Assembly: GCF_041956535.1 (NCBI RefSeq)
Contig: NW_027192194.1
Coordinates: forward strand, 485,011-549,010
Reading direction: 5' to 3'
Origin: Calcarisporiella thermophila CBS 279.70
Taxonomy: Eukaryota; Fungi; Calcarisporiellomycota
DNA: 64,000 nt
Each line of letters opens with the position of its first letter. The stretch's first letter is position 1. The notes under the pieces are model-generated. The model was not told the DNA's origin. It ran no database searches and saw only the letters and a program-made list of their open reading frames with translations. The translations under genes and the position numbers were made by a program. Below are positions 14,390-28,792 of this stretch, in pieces.

Positions 14390-16795
14390 GGATGAAGCGA
14401 TGATAATATAGATGCGGGGAGATGCGAGATGTAGATGATATAGATGGTGTGTGGAGAGAAATGAGAGAGGAGAAGAGGAGTGAGAACCTGCTCTGTTATA
14501 GTGTGGGGCCCCTTCTGATGGTTAGTTGATGCAAAAGCGTTAGTATTCGGAGGAGGGAAAAAATAACAGCGCAAAATTTTGTCTTGGGTGGGCATTTTAT
14601 ATTAAGCTTTCGCTCTTCGGTAACAGGTATCTGATAAAAATAACATTTAACCAGTAAAGGCATATGTGTCTCTTTGGTGTTTATTTGAACCCATTTTTTT
14701 TTAAATAGAGCACACAATTCCACGCTCTCCGAATCCATACAAACCATCTTTAAGCTTGAATCAAAAGCCCTCTGCGTACCATGCTTTCACAGGGTGGCGC
14801 ACGCATCATTTTGTTGGTAAGTATGATTTGTGGATTCCAAGTGGGACTTGTGTATTCTGCCCTTAGCGTCCGACTTTCCTTACATATCATCGCCCATTCC
14901 GGGGGGGAGAATGCCCATGAACCGATTCGGAGGCTGAGTAAGCCCCTATCCCACGCAAATTTAGCGATTTTGGCTTTTTCACCCACTTTGACCCAGGTAG
15001 TTTTTTATTGATTCGTGCCATAAAATATTAACCAGGAAACGGAATCATTGGGAAGATGGCTTTTACATGCTTGTGGTAACCAGTGGATTTGTCTTTAAGC
15101 AGAGCTGGTCCGACAAGTTTTTCTCCTCCCAAAACGAAAATAAAGAGTGCGTTTTCATGGAGACCCAGTTATTGCTGTCAATACGTCAATGGGTTTAGTA
15201 CGTGCGCTTTGATGAAAGTATACCCGAAAGCCCTAGAGTGAGACTCGGCGTAATACGCCGTGAAATGGATAGAGTCCTGGAAAATATATGCCTTTTCTCG
15301 GGTTTTCTGCGCTCTACGGAATATCAGGGTTTCGACCTTCCGTTTCAGGTTACGAAAGCGGGCAGCACCATTCTCCTTGGCGTGTAAAGATCTTGGCAAG
15401 GCTATTCTTTCGATGTCAAGAGACTCTTGGCTCTATCCATCACCTTACCTTTCCCCTTCTTTGCAACAGCATTCTCAAAGAGATTTACTAAGCTACATTC
15501 TCTATCTGAGTCACAAATCGGAGATGACAAAGGTACAAACCATCGCCACTTTTTCAAATTATGTCTTGCCCGCCTATCCCATTGTGAACACATTGTACAC
15601 GGGAATTACCGCTTTTACCCGATGCAAATGCCTTATATAAATAAATAACTGGAGTGCAAAATCAGGGTTGTGCTGCATTATACTACAACGCTAATGCAAA
15701 TGTATGCTTGACATCCATGATAATGCCCTTGGCTATTCCCATGTGGGATCAGGGCAAATAAAAGATGGATAATCCTTTGTCGCCAGGAGCGATTTATCAG
15801 CGTCACGCTAATGCCCCTCTTTATTGCGAAGTGTTACGGAAAGGTTGGCATATTTAACATACATTCTCATTTCAGAACATGGATATCTACAAGGGCATGT
15901 AAAGATTTAGTTAGATGCGCAAACGGTTTATAATACCCGATAGATAGTGGAGATATAATCTCGTACAATATTCTAATGGCTAGGATTTTTATAATGTCAT
16001 ACTTACCGTATCGCCATCATGAAAGTTACATTGAAATTTAAGCTTTGGGCAGAAGAGGAATGCGGATTCAGTCCCTTGGAAGTATATAAAAATGCATTTT
16101 CAATACACTTTGAGAGAACTGGCTCTTAGTTTGATGTCAAGGCATGGATGAAGCCAAGATCGTAAAGGGGCTTATTCGTCCGGTCTTTTTCGTCTAATAA
16201 TGCTTACTATGAATACATAAAAGATAGTCTATAGTCTAAGTTTCTCAGCTTTTATTAAATGATTACTAAATATATAATCGTATCTCTTTTTTTTGGGGAG
16301 GGGGGGCTTGTTCATCACCGTCTAGTTATTGATAAACAAATCAAGTAGTTAGTCTTTGATATAAGGCAGTGCCTCTTCTCAATTTTCCACATAAAAAGAG
16401 ATTGCCATTAATGATCTGACTACAACTTTTCTTGTGCGCTAACATGACGAGCATATCAATAGCCATAATGGGTTCGAGTTTTGGCGCAACTGGGATGAAT
16501 AGGAAAGTTTCAAACAAAATCATTATGATAAACATTGACTGCGAAACTAATGTGATCGGAGCTACTGTTCTCTTCTATAGGGGCTTCTGGGGCAAAGCTT
16601 GAGCTTCAGCATAGAAGAATAATGGACTAAAGCTCTGGTGGGATACCAGAGAGTGGTAGTCTTGCACTGGGTTAATAACCTAGTTTACGTAGAATGTCCT
16701 TTAATGGAATTGAGTCACACATTAATTCTGTGAAATTGATATTTGGTTATTATTTCTCTTTTAATTGGCGTTGTTTTCGCGAATCCTTATTTCCA

Positions 16796-18285
16796 ATGGA
16801 GAGCGATCATACAGAAAATAACACAACAGGGACATTGGTTGAGGATGACTACACATATGTAAATAATTTGTATAATGCGTGTTGCGATCTTTACGCCAAA
16901 GTTGGATGTCTTCAGGTGGATGGAATAGATAGATTAAAGGCGTTAATTGTCTCCGAGAAACGATTTCTTGAGCGGGTACCTTTACGTAGCACTATAAGTA
17001 GCTTAACATTAATTGACTTTAACTCTATTATCGACAGCTGATCCAATGCCCTAATGAGATGCATCATGTCGTTACGACGAATTTGAATTACCTCTCGGCA
17101 GTATACGATACAATTATCGGGAGTGAGAATGTTGTCGGTGTCATGCAATTATTTAGATATGGGGATATTTCCAAAAAAGCGAAACGACACGAGCTACGGG
17201 TAGATGTCGTAGCAAATGGGGGACTGCGTTGGATTAAGGTTACTGCAAGAAATTTGAAGGCATTAAGACATGAACTTTCGGGATTCGAGGATATCGAGGA
17301 AGACGAAGAAGATTGGAGCAGCAATGAGGACGAACCTAGTAAACACAATGGAACGCAGGAGCATGGAGCAGCAAACGGCTTCGAGAACGAAGAGAGCAAT
17401 CATTTCTCCCTTTCCTCCTTGCCTTTGTTTCGCTCTGCCCGCCAGTATCTGACTGCCGCATCTTACAATACGATACATTTCCGCGTACCAGAGATAGTGT
17501 TTTTATTTGCATCCATCCGTCGGGGAGAGAATGAGCTAGTAGAACGCAAGATATTTTCACAGCTAGAGGATATGGGGATACTAGTCGAACTTGGCCCTAA
17601 ATCGCCCCGCGGCAAGGCAAGGACCACATTCTGTCAGAGTCTGCACGTCCGAGCGCAGACTCTGACAGAGTGTCTGAATCTTGACATCACTACTTTGGTC
17701 ACGCTTGTGTCGAGTCTTTGCCATACCCCCAATGTATCACCGGATATATTTGACGCCCAGGCTCTTAAGTTCCAGGCCGAAGAGGAAGCAATTTCACCAC
17801 TTTTAACTCGCTTGCGGGCCATGCTTCGTGGCCATAAGTTATACACGACTGAATCCGCTCGCGCCAAATTTATGGAAATCGTAGATCTAATGGGTGGGCC
17901 GGTAGAGAAAGCGCGTGCAAATTCCTTGTTTGCTGGCCCTGGTCTCGGCCTCGGCACCGATCCCGAAAACGATTCAACTGACGGACTCCAGCGACAGTTG
18001 TGGGCACACTTCCTGAGCGACGAGGACGCAGTTCTACCGCGCATCCAAGTCTTACCTGACCAGCCGTCTGAGCGGTTCCTTGGGCTCCGTGGGCACAATA
18101 AGATCTCGGAAGCGCACATTGCCGTTTTTGGGACCGGCGACGCGCACCAGATGAATACGCTCACGTCTAACGTGAAGGTGCACAGGGCGTTAATTGAGGC
18201 GGGGATAGATGCTGGATTGGTTCTCCATGGGGCGCGCAGTTTGGCTGAGAATCGGATGAAGAGCGCGGGAGCGGAAGCACTTTAA
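16796..18285 (+). CDS. UPF0415/C7orf25-like protein (DUF5614 + DUF1308); exons 16796-16975, 17038-18285
   Basis: SEKRFLER, TNLNYL, RVDVVANGGLRWIKVTARN, LNLDITTLVTLVS, MGGPVEKARA, VFGTGD, TLTSN and HGARSLAE match my recollection of this family. Confidence 0.85.
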
Positions 18286-18831
18286 TTTCAGGGGGCTTCC
18301 ATGGCCCTTCTCTCCTCTTATCCCATCATTTGTGGAACATGACAGAGAAGAGTGGTGCAAGAACCTTGATGATTGCATGATTCATAAACCCTAACTTATT
18401 CCTCACATTACTTTAATGCATCACTTGTGATTGCGGAATTATCTGGACTCGTGCTTGTGTACTAGTTTTTTTGGATTTCCCTTGCTCTGAGTTGAGCCGT
18501 TCTCTCTGGGCTACTTTTCCACCGTAGTGCCTGTACTACCATAATTTACCTATTTCTGCCCTTGCTCGCGTGATCCAAGTGATGTTATTATTAAAAGCGG
18601 CGAAATCCCACGCCCGAATAAACCGTTGGCTCCCCTGGTCGAAAAGGCATTATTGGGTTAAAATTTGGGCAATTTCTCTCGTCTCGAGAAAAGAGTTATA
18701 AGTTTCTCTGCTCCCTCCCTCGATTGCGTGAGAGAAAAACGAAGCCAGCGTGCGCGATTTCCCTTCCCCTCTCCTCACCTCTGCCATTATCCCCACCATT
18801 ACGGGAAAATAAAGAAGCTAAAGACGCGTCA

Positions 18832-21800
18832 ATGAACGGAAAAAGTTCCGATACAATACTTCCTCTCGTGAGCGAGAAAATTGCCATTTCCGAGGAGCTT
18901 AGGCGGAGACAGGTTAGTTCGTAGATGATGAGTTATGGTTTTTGACTAGTACCTAACCTGTTTCAACAGCGAAGAGGATTAAATCGCGTGGTGGTAATTA
19001 CTGCTTCCACCATTGCCATTGTCCTTGTTGTCGTCCTTGCGACTTATTTCGGTGTTACCAAAGCACGCACATATCACGAGAGCGGTGTGTTAATGATATC
19101 TTGCTCTTTGATTACCATTTTTCAATAATGTTTGTTTTGCTCTTTGCTCAGTTCCTAATTCCTACCTTGCTGTTGATCCAATTAAGGACAGAATCGACTT
19201 CGAAGACTTCGCTAATAGAACGTTCAGAGCTAAACTTATCAGTGTGCAGTGGGAGAAAGATGGTAAAAAAACACAGAGCTCTTCAGCGCCCCTCTTTTTT
19301 GATATGAATAACTCTACTGTTGAATTGTATTAGCCAACGCGCCCCTCTACTCGAAGCAGGATGATGATAACAATATTTTCATTGTTAATGCTGCAGACAA
19401 GTCGAACACCACGCTCGTGAATGCGGCTGATATCAAGATTGATGGCAAATTGATCAGTATCGATGGATACGAAATTTCACCAGACAAAGAGTATGTGCTT
19501 ATCCAGACCAACAATACCAAGGTGAATATGTTCTTTTTCTTGCCATTTTCTTCAGTATACTTATCGGATTGCTTTCTTACTTTATAGCTTTGGCGCCACT
19601 CTTTCTATGCTCATTACTACGTTTTTAATGTAAAATCCAAGGAGGTGAAGCCACTCTTGCAAAGCCAGGACTTGAGTGCCAAACCCGAGGTTCAGTACGT
19701 CGCTTGGAGTCCTTCGGGCCATAGTCTAGTAAATGATCAAATATGTTCTACTATTTTCATCACATATTGATTCTTGATCTTTTTTTATAAATAGCTATAC
19801 ATTCTGAAGAATGATATATATATCCGCAAAGACTTGGGCGACAGTGTTCGCGTTACCAACGATGGCTCTAACCTGATCTTCAACGGACATTCGGACTGGG
19901 TTTACGAGGAAGAAGTCCTTTCTTCACAAATCGCTGTCTGGTGGTCCCCTGACTCGACGCACATTGCTTTCCTACGCTTCAATGATACAAATGTGCCAGA
20001 TTTCCACTATCCGCTCTACGTCAATGACAAGTCGTACCCTGATGATATTGTCATTAAATACCCTAAGGCTGGCTTCCCCAACCCGACCGTCTCTCTCAAC
20101 GTTCATGCGCTGGGCACTGAAGGTTTCAAAGAGGTGCCCGTACCTAATTCTCAGCCCGCACTAGAAGACCGCGTGATCACGGAGATTGAGTGGACCACGG
20201 ACACACACGATAAATTGCTATTCCGCGTTGCTAACCGTGTGCAGGACCAATACAAGGTTGTGCTCTTCGACGTTGCCTCAGGAAACGCACAGGTAGTTCG
20301 AGAAGCGTCTGCAGGCGATCAGGGCTGGTTCGATCCCGATAAGTCTCTCATCTATGTCTCTCCTGGGAATTCAGGCCGGCAGCCAGGATATATCGACCTA
20401 GTTGATATTAATGGATACAACCACTTGGCATTCTACTCCCCTCTGGATGCGAAGGAGCCCGTGTGGCTAACTCAAGGTCAGTGGGAGGTTGTTGGTGCAC
20501 CCGTGGCAGTGGATGCGAACAGCGGGCTTGTGTACGTGTTCGGATTTCTTCGACTATTTGTATAACTTTGATCTTACAAGTGTTTTGTTTTATCCAGCTA
20601 TTACATTTCTACTGAGCGTGATTCGACTGAACGCCATCTCTATTCAGTGACGTTGGATGGCAAGAACAAGACAGCGCTCACAGACACTTCAAAACCAGGA
20701 TACTATAGCGCAAGTTTCTCATCCAATAGCGGCTATTACCTTTTAACTTACGCAGGTCCCGAGATCCCATACCAGATAATGCGAAAGGCTAACTCAGGTA
20801 CTTGGGGATTTATATCCTGTTGTGGTTTAGTTAAAGCCCTTATTTATTCTTTTCCTTACTCTATTTTCTAGCGGAAGAATATTCTGTGGAGGATAACACC
20901 GGGCTCAAGGCCGCGCTCACCAATATTAAATTGCCTACGAAACGCTTCACCACCATTCAGAGCGAAGGAGCTACACTTAATGCAATGGAGATTTTACCCG
21001 TTGGCTTCGACGAAAGTCGCAAATATCCCGTACTCTTCCGTGTGTACGGTGGTCCGAACTCGCAGCTGGTGGCCAAGACTTGGACAGCCTCAGACTGGCA
21101 CACTTATCTTGCCTCGAGCCCAAACCATCAATACATCATTGTGATTGTGGACGGTCGGGGAACTGGTTTTAAGGGGAAGGATTTTAGAAAAGTGGTTACC
21201 AAGAGGCTCGGTGAGCTGGAGACAATTGACCAAGTGAATGCAGGAAAGCACTGGGCCAGTTTACCCTATGTGGACAGTAGTAAAATCGCCATCTGGGGAT
21301 GGGTAAGCGTCGGATTATCCTTTCCAACCATACGTGTTTCTTCTTTTGGTTCTGCTGCATTGAAATTATATTAATGTGCCGAAATCTCTCCACTTTTGTG
21401 TAGTCATATGGTGGTTATATGACCAGCAAAGTCATCGAGGCGAACTCTCGCGTCTTCAAAGCTGGTATTGCGGTTGCACCTGTAACAGATTGGCGTCTGT
21501 ACGACTCTATTTACACAGAACGTTACATGAAGACTCCCGAGGCAAACCCCGAGGGCTACAAGAAGAGCGCTGTTGTCAACACGGAAGGGTTCGGCAATTC
21601 GTCTTTCTTGCTTGTGCACGGAACCGCCGATGACAACGTACACTTCCAGAACTCGGCCCTACTTGCTCACCGCCTTACCCAAGCGAAGGTCGAGTTCCAA
21701 GAGCATGTGTACACAGATAGCGATCACGGAATCAACTTTGGCAAATCAACCCAGAGACATCTATATCGCTCGCTCACAGACTTTTTGACCGACGTATTCG

Positions 21801-21835
21801 CAAAACAGCCTGCGGCGGCTACCCCCTCTAACTGA
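18832..21835 (+). CDS. Dipeptidyl peptidase IV (S9B; Dap2/Ste13-like), type II membrane protein, multi-exon
   Basis: N-terminal TM (VVVITASTIAIVLVVVLATYFGV); DWVYEEE; YPKAG; VYGGPNSQ; DGRGTG; catalytic GW|SYGG; HGTADDNVH; DSDH. Confidence 0.96.
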
Positions 21836-22730
21836 TTCTAATAGCTAAAGATCATGTGGATAAGTGCGAAGAGATTTTGCTTATACTTTATTTTAAAGAT
21901 GATGGATATATTGTCTTATAATGTCTATGGGTTTTCCTTGTTTTACTATTTATCTAATTGTTGTTTATTTATTGCCCTGCTTTTCCCTTATTCATGTCCA
22001 AGCTAATACTCTATAACATGAAAATAAATCTTTATCTCGTCGTGCTCACATACTTGAAACAATCTGAAAAGTTAGTTGTGTGACGCTTTAAGAAAGGAAA
22101 AAAAGCTCACAGATAGATGCAAAATTTGAAGATGTGTAAAGGAGATTTGCTTTTCTCTTACCAATGTAGCTGGGCCCAATCCTATGTTAAGGACACCAGG
22201 AGTGATAAATTTTTTGCTTTTTTTATACCCATAATAGTCAGCTTTCGAAAGTTTAAACACCGCTTGTGGCTAATCTGTTGTATATAAATTATTCTGCGCC
22301 ACACATTTGTTTATGCTTTCCGAAATCGTATAAAAGCTCGCCTAAATGCATATTTTGTTTCTTTGGCTATTTCCCCGTTTTCTTTTGGACGCTGCTTGGT
22401 TCAAAATCGAGCAGCGTTTGAATGATATTCGTCTATTATTCTTATGTACGAGGGCGGGAAGAGGAAATTTACAACACCATATTAATCGCGGCGTATCAGC
22501 CCTTTACTGGTAACGCCGTTTCATGCCATGGTGACAATTCATTTCGTACAATGATAAAATCGACGTAAAAAAAAATTGCAAGTTTCTATCTAAAGAGAAT
22601 TCATCAAGGAAACAAAATGTTGGAAGATGTTATTTGGGTGCATTAAAAGGGAATATAACCCTTACAAATAGAAGTGTCACGAGGATATTAAATAGTAAAC
22701 AGCGCATAGAAAAGTGTCCAGAATGTTTAT

Positions 22731-25700
22731 TTACAGAAACATTGGATTGTCTTGTACTAGAGCATCAAAGTGATTTACCACGCGAGCACGAAAATGAGGG
22801 GTATTCGCAACCTCATAACGGAATGGATCTACGCCGAAATTTAATGAAGAACGAGGCCATCCTCGAGAATGGGGTAAACACGGGCTCCATGTGAGAGGGA
22901 GTCGCAAATATACGAAATCTATATAGCCAGAGAATTAAAAAAGTAATCGGCAGAAGAATCTTAATGACAAGAGAACATTACCGTTCCGACACCCATTGTG
23001 TGAAAAGAAAAGCACCGTGGATCCTAACAGCCGGGCTACTCCACACCCTATCACGTCTCCGTCGAATAAACAGAGATCGGGTATCGCGTAAAGTAGGCCG
23101 ACCTCTGCTTCACAGTTACTATCTAGTGCCGGTTGAATACGATGTTGTTCGATATCTGACACACATTGTCCCTCTAGTTTTTGCAAAAAAACTCTCCATC
23201 TCATATGTAGGCTCGGATGAATCCACTTGGGAGATGGATTGGTATGTGAAAAAAAACCGATGTTTATAAAACAAGATAGCGGCAAGCCTGCCTTTCGTGT
23301 CGATGAAGCCAAGCTGAGAGAGCCTATTACAGGGAATAAAGCTATAGGTATGCGTGTTCACAATAAATGAGAAATATCCTTACCTTTCCTCTCTGGCCCC
23401 TCCAAGGCCACACACTGCTTCCATATACAGGAATGGCTCTTGGAATGCAGCCAACTGCTGTGCATCACCACTTGATTGCTTATTTTCTTGATATATCACG
23501 TCAAAAATAGTGGCAGTTTCCTCTCCTTTGTTCCCTGCTTCTACAGTTTCCACTCCAGACATCGCTTCCAAGCTTTCCACCGCTTCAACAGGCTCTATCG
23601 GCGCATGGCCGGGGCTGTCAATATCGACATCAAGTAGTGCTCGAGGATGCTCACCCTCTCCTTCATCACTCGTCGGATGGTCGATTGGTTCCGAAGGCAT
23701 GCCAGTGCAAGCATTAGATGCTATTTCGGGATCATGCATGTGTAAAACTGCTGCAATCGGCTCATAGTCGTCGGGAAGATACTTGAGCCTGTCAATAGAG
23801 TCACCAAATCTGGCTCTGCAGCCTTCACCAGAAGCAACAGATATTGCCGGATACCAGATTTTTCTTGTGTCCACTTTACCGAATGCCACTCCAAGTGGTG
23901 CTCCATTTCGTGAATAGGATATTTTGCCTGCGTCAAGATCAAGTGCAACCGTTATCACGTCGCCCTTTGACCACCGATCCCCATATCGCTTGGGTAAGTG
24001 TACAGATCCATGCCATTTCATGCAGCGCTCTCCGTCATAAGAATAAGATTCCGAGTCATCACCGACACCATTGCCTCCAGCTGCATCAAAATGACATCGG
24101 TCCGTCGCCCACCCTACTTGAATCATCCCGTCTGTCTTCAGTACAATCTCATATGCATATTTACCTCCGCCAGTCACCCCGTGTGTCGCACACACGCTTT
24201 CGAAGGTCCCCGCGTCATTCCGTACCTCAAGATGGTCATAGGAGAGACAGAGGAGAGAGGTTTTGCGGTTCAAGCTCCATTCCACACAATGGGGACGGTT
24301 TGAAGTAGGCCATCCGATCTCGTCCACATAGTGTGAGGCCAAGGTATTGAGCAGGAGCTGGCCGTAGAAGTCAAAAAGCGGCGACTCATGAGAGGCAAGA
24401 GCACGCCAGACTGCAATCCCAACTGTAATGGAATCAGTGGTGGAAAGTGCCTTTTCATAGCGTGTATAGATTGCCAAGGATTCAACGGATATGTCCACCA
24501 AAGAGCGGGTGCACTTGAAAAGTCTTAATATTCCGCGAACAAAATGCGCCTGCTTTAGCTGATCACGCACTTCCTCAAAACGCATCAAGCTATTTAATAT
24601 ATGCAACGAGTGCCCGGACAATAGCCTTTTAATCTTTCCAGATTTTCTCGATTCCCCATCTTCTTCTCTCTGCTCTCTCTGTTGTTGGGCAAATCGCGAT
24701 AGAAGTCCAACATTATCCAAACACCCCAATTCCTCTCCTGTGTCCTCTGTTTTATTGTTGTTCCCCGATCCAATCAACTGTGCATATTCCATTGCCACAT
24801 TCAAGTCATGCTCTGATTCTGATTCACTTTCTGAAAAGTCCTTGAATGTTTCTAGAGCAGCAAAGTAAGCTTCATTTTCTCCTCGGTTTAGTTCATTGAA
24901 TTTCCGTACGAAGCTAGCGCGAGATATCGAGGTCGTCAACGCAGGCTGTGCACATATGATGAGCAGGGTTGCAATTAGGTTATGGACAAGTGATGGCTCT
25001 TTCATGGCAATTTCGCTATCCGTACGACAGAGTTCGAGCATGAATTTCGAAGAGAGCTCATGATTATCAAAGAGTATGGAAAGGGTATGCAGTTGAGCAA
25101 CAAGATAATCAAATGATTTTGAACTAGAGGAAAGGAGTCTTGCGGGAGTTTCCGGTGGGTTATAGAGGTTTACTCCGGTAATACTCGTAGCGAGTTCGAT
25201 AATTTGGTGGATGAAAGGCCGTATGACTTCGTATAAAAACTGCGAAAAAAGAGAGCTATCTAGAAAGAGGCCAAAAGTTTAGTGACAGGAGCATATAGAA
25301 ATCATAAAAATTTACCTTTAATGGCAAGCATCAACAGGGCATCTGCACAAGTGATCAAAATATCCTCATTTTTGGAAGTGAGAAGTGCGTTCGAAAGCAG
25401 TTTCACAGAGCCAGCTTCAATAAAACCAATGGCAAACTCATCTATTCACGTGTATCTATAAAATCATTTTTTCATAACATAGCCAGAGCACATCCAATGT
25501 AACTTACTCGACATGCTGGATAGGTTGAAAACCATGGCAGCCACGTCCTTGAATACCTCTGTATCTTCCGATTTAAGAAGTTCACATAATCGTGGTAAGA
25601 GATTCGGCTCGCCAGAAAGCCACTTGATATTTGCATCTAGATTAAAAATAGAAAAAAAGTTCATTAACACACTAGAAGAAAGTGTACAGAGAGCTAAGAT

Positions 25701-27769
25701 TAACGATACTTGCGTGAAGTACAAAGCATGGAAATAAGTTGGACAGACAAGGATATCATCTGCTTGCTTGAATTTGATGAATCTGGAGAGTTATTATTCG
25801 ATGATCTCGTAAGGTCGAGAAGCACAGCGAGCCCACCAGCATTGAATATCTTCTCATGGCATTGCACTAAAATAGTATAATTAAATCAGCCCTCCCCCCC
25901 AAAAAAAACATCAAGATTCAATTACTACAATGACTTACAATGTTTGCCTAACTCTCGTAGCATCCAAAGGGACCAATATTGTATATCCTCTTCGTTTGAA
26001 GTCAAGCATTCCACTACATGCTTCACAAGTCCACATCGAATAATTTCAATCTGATAATCATCTAATATAGCAAAATATAAATATACTTGAGGGGATTTTA
26101 AATAAATATCCCTATAAAAATACCTTGTTTATGAGAGAGTAGCGTCAATACTCGAAGTACAATGCGGGAAACGGCTAGACCCTCCATACTTAGGAGATTA
26201 GCCATAGAGCGAAGAATGGATTTTATCGATCGAAATAATTCAAGATTGACATCTACGCAACTTTAATTAGAACTGAATGAGTAAAACGGAAAATATGAAT
26301 ACTACCTCGTACCGCATACTCATGTAAGAGCATCAGTCCCCACCAAAGGAGTTCATAGTCCTCTACAAAAAGAACAAATTTGTAAGATAAACCCTTTGCA
26401 AATCCTATATATAAAGTGACCGTACCACTCTTCAGACATGTGGCGATGATAGACCCAATATCACACTCCAATAGATCCCGTAGATGCTTTTGAACCACTC
26501 CAACTATGCATGGAATCATTACCATATTAGCTATCATGTAAATTAGAGGTATCAACTGAGTTACTTTGTGTTTCGCTACTAATTAAAGTGACCAGAGCCT
26601 GCATCATGTATTTGGGCATGACTAGACTTCCATAGGTTGCGAGGGTCATCCGAGCAAATACTGGGAGAAAACCGGCTTCAATAAGCTTGGGCTGAACAGG
26701 TTCTAGTAGGAATTGTTATAGATAAATATATGTTTTTAAATAAGTACTGAACATCCTTACTGCATTGCGACACTAAGAATGCGACCATTAAACTCCAGTA
26801 TCGAAGCTCATTATTATTAGGGTACTTTGAAAGTATATTTAAAATGGATTCAAGAATGCCTTGCTGAACTATTTGCTCCTTTCTTGTATCTAATAACAAT
26901 CGCCATAGAAAACTGGATTAAATGAAGGTTCTGATAAGAATTAAATGACGCGCATTTTACCATTTCTATCAATTAAAAAAGTTATAACAGCCATAGCTGC
27001 CCGAAGTGTTGGCTCGGTGCTCTCTGTGTATTTTTTAGTCTCGAGTTCCGCCACTATCTCTACCATTGTATCAAGTGTTCTCATTTCTGCGAGTCGATCT
27101 AGGTTGGAATCTGATACACAAGGGAGATATATGACAAAACTTGTAGTGACTCTGTAAAAGTGGCAAAAATGATATATGCTTACCTTGCCTGGCTAGCATT
27201 TGAATTGCAGTTACACCTTTTAGGCGTATCTTAGGATCTTCATCACGACATGAGTATAAAAGAAAATTTAGATTTTCGTCTGAAAATGCAAGGCATATTT
27301 CAGAATGTGAATTTTTACATAGATATAAAATATATTAATGATCAGTACTAGATTATGTGAAAGTAAAACAGCACACACCTGACATAGCCCGGCTTAAAAC
27401 AATTCTCAAAGAGCTATAATAAAGATAAGTGTAGGGTTAAGAGATTATCCTTCAGAGTATTCAAATCGCTTATATTTGGCAATGCAGTAGAGTATTTAAT
27501 ACCTCTGGGAAAGACTTGCGTCCCCAAATTTGACGAGTTCCGCTAAAGCTGGCAAGCTTATTACTAAAATTAACATAATTATTATTGATTCAAGTAATTT
27601 CTTAAAGAGGCATAGGCTTACCGTTTTCCATTTCTCTAACCATTTTCTTTGCACGATTACTTCTATTTCGCTTCGATTGGAATTGTTTTATCGCTACATA
27701 TACAACCATTACTGAAGCCATGCCAGCAAAGAAGCTGAATGCGACACCTGCCGCGCCTGCTTTAACCAT
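22731..27769 (-). CDS. N-terminal TM anchor + ARM/HEAT repeats + RSPRY1-like SPRY + second SPRY domain; many exons; start approximate
   Basis: First exon MVKAGAAGVAFSFFAGMASVMVVYVAIKQF; ARM-like exons (KEQIVQQGILESIL, CHEKIFNAGGLAVLLDL); SPRY1 EVRNDAGTFESV...YEIVLKTDGMIQVGWA...GVGDD...SYDG...GDVITVALD; SPRY2 GDVIGCG...FFSHNG...LNFGVDPFRY. Confidence 0.75.
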
Positions 27770-28792
27770 TTGCAGTAACAGCTAGCCCGATAAATAATAA
27801 TATCCACGTTACAAAATATATCTATACATTCGAAGGGAGTTGAATGAATTATTACCGAGTACAAATGAAGTACGATTATCCGATTATTCCTAACCGGCTA
27901 TCCCATAGAGAATAGTTGAATGATAGCCGTTTAATTCATAATTCAAGCAATTTTGGAGTGGTTAATGCAACCACAACACACATATTTTATGAATAATCTC
28001 TATATCATTTCTACAAAAAGCTGCTTCTTAGTACATCATTTTCCGGTCCGATTGATTTATACCCAAAAGAATAAACCATTCTTATAACATGAGTACCAAA
28101 TGAATTTTGATTTAAAACAGCTCTAACTTCTAATGCCAGATTTTATGGCCAGAGAGATTTAACTCTTATTTTCGCAATAAAATATAAATCATGTGGGTAT
28201 TCTCTTAACAGTTTCTAAATAAAAATATGTTGTTCTCTTCCCTGCTCACCATATATTCTTTTATTGCTGGAATTTTAATTGTTCGTGATCGAATGGCATT
28301 AACATATTGGACTTCACCCGGTAGTTATGGTAGGTTTGATTTATTTCATATATCAAATGTTCTTCTAGCTTATATAATCAATCATTTTGTAAAGCCGTCA
28401 GTGATAGGCTTGACTACGATATAAATGCACAGCTTATGCTATATATTCGCGTAATGCATTACCTTCAGATGTTGCTCGAAATACGGGGTTGATTCACTTT
28501 TCTTAATATGGGTTATCTATATTATAATTAGAATTTCTAATTAATATTATGTGTCCTAGTTCTTTCTTTTTTTTTTTCATCCTTTATATTTCATTGATAA
28601 AGAGTATAGGAGGTAGGCCTAATTTCGTTGGAGTATATTCTGTTGTTGTCTTATTTATACACATTTATTTGGCTGTTATTAATTTTGGTCGTGGATGCAT
28701 TCTTTTTAATTTGGTACTAATATTCTATGCCATTCTTTCCCTTTCTCTTTGGTGTAGTTAATTAGCATATCATTAGTTCAGGTCTTAAAATC

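Noticed and set aside
15178-15648. Cluster of short ORFs between the LPMO and C7orf25 genes
   Set aside because: No recognisable domain or consistent splice structure; cannot support a gene or pseudogene.
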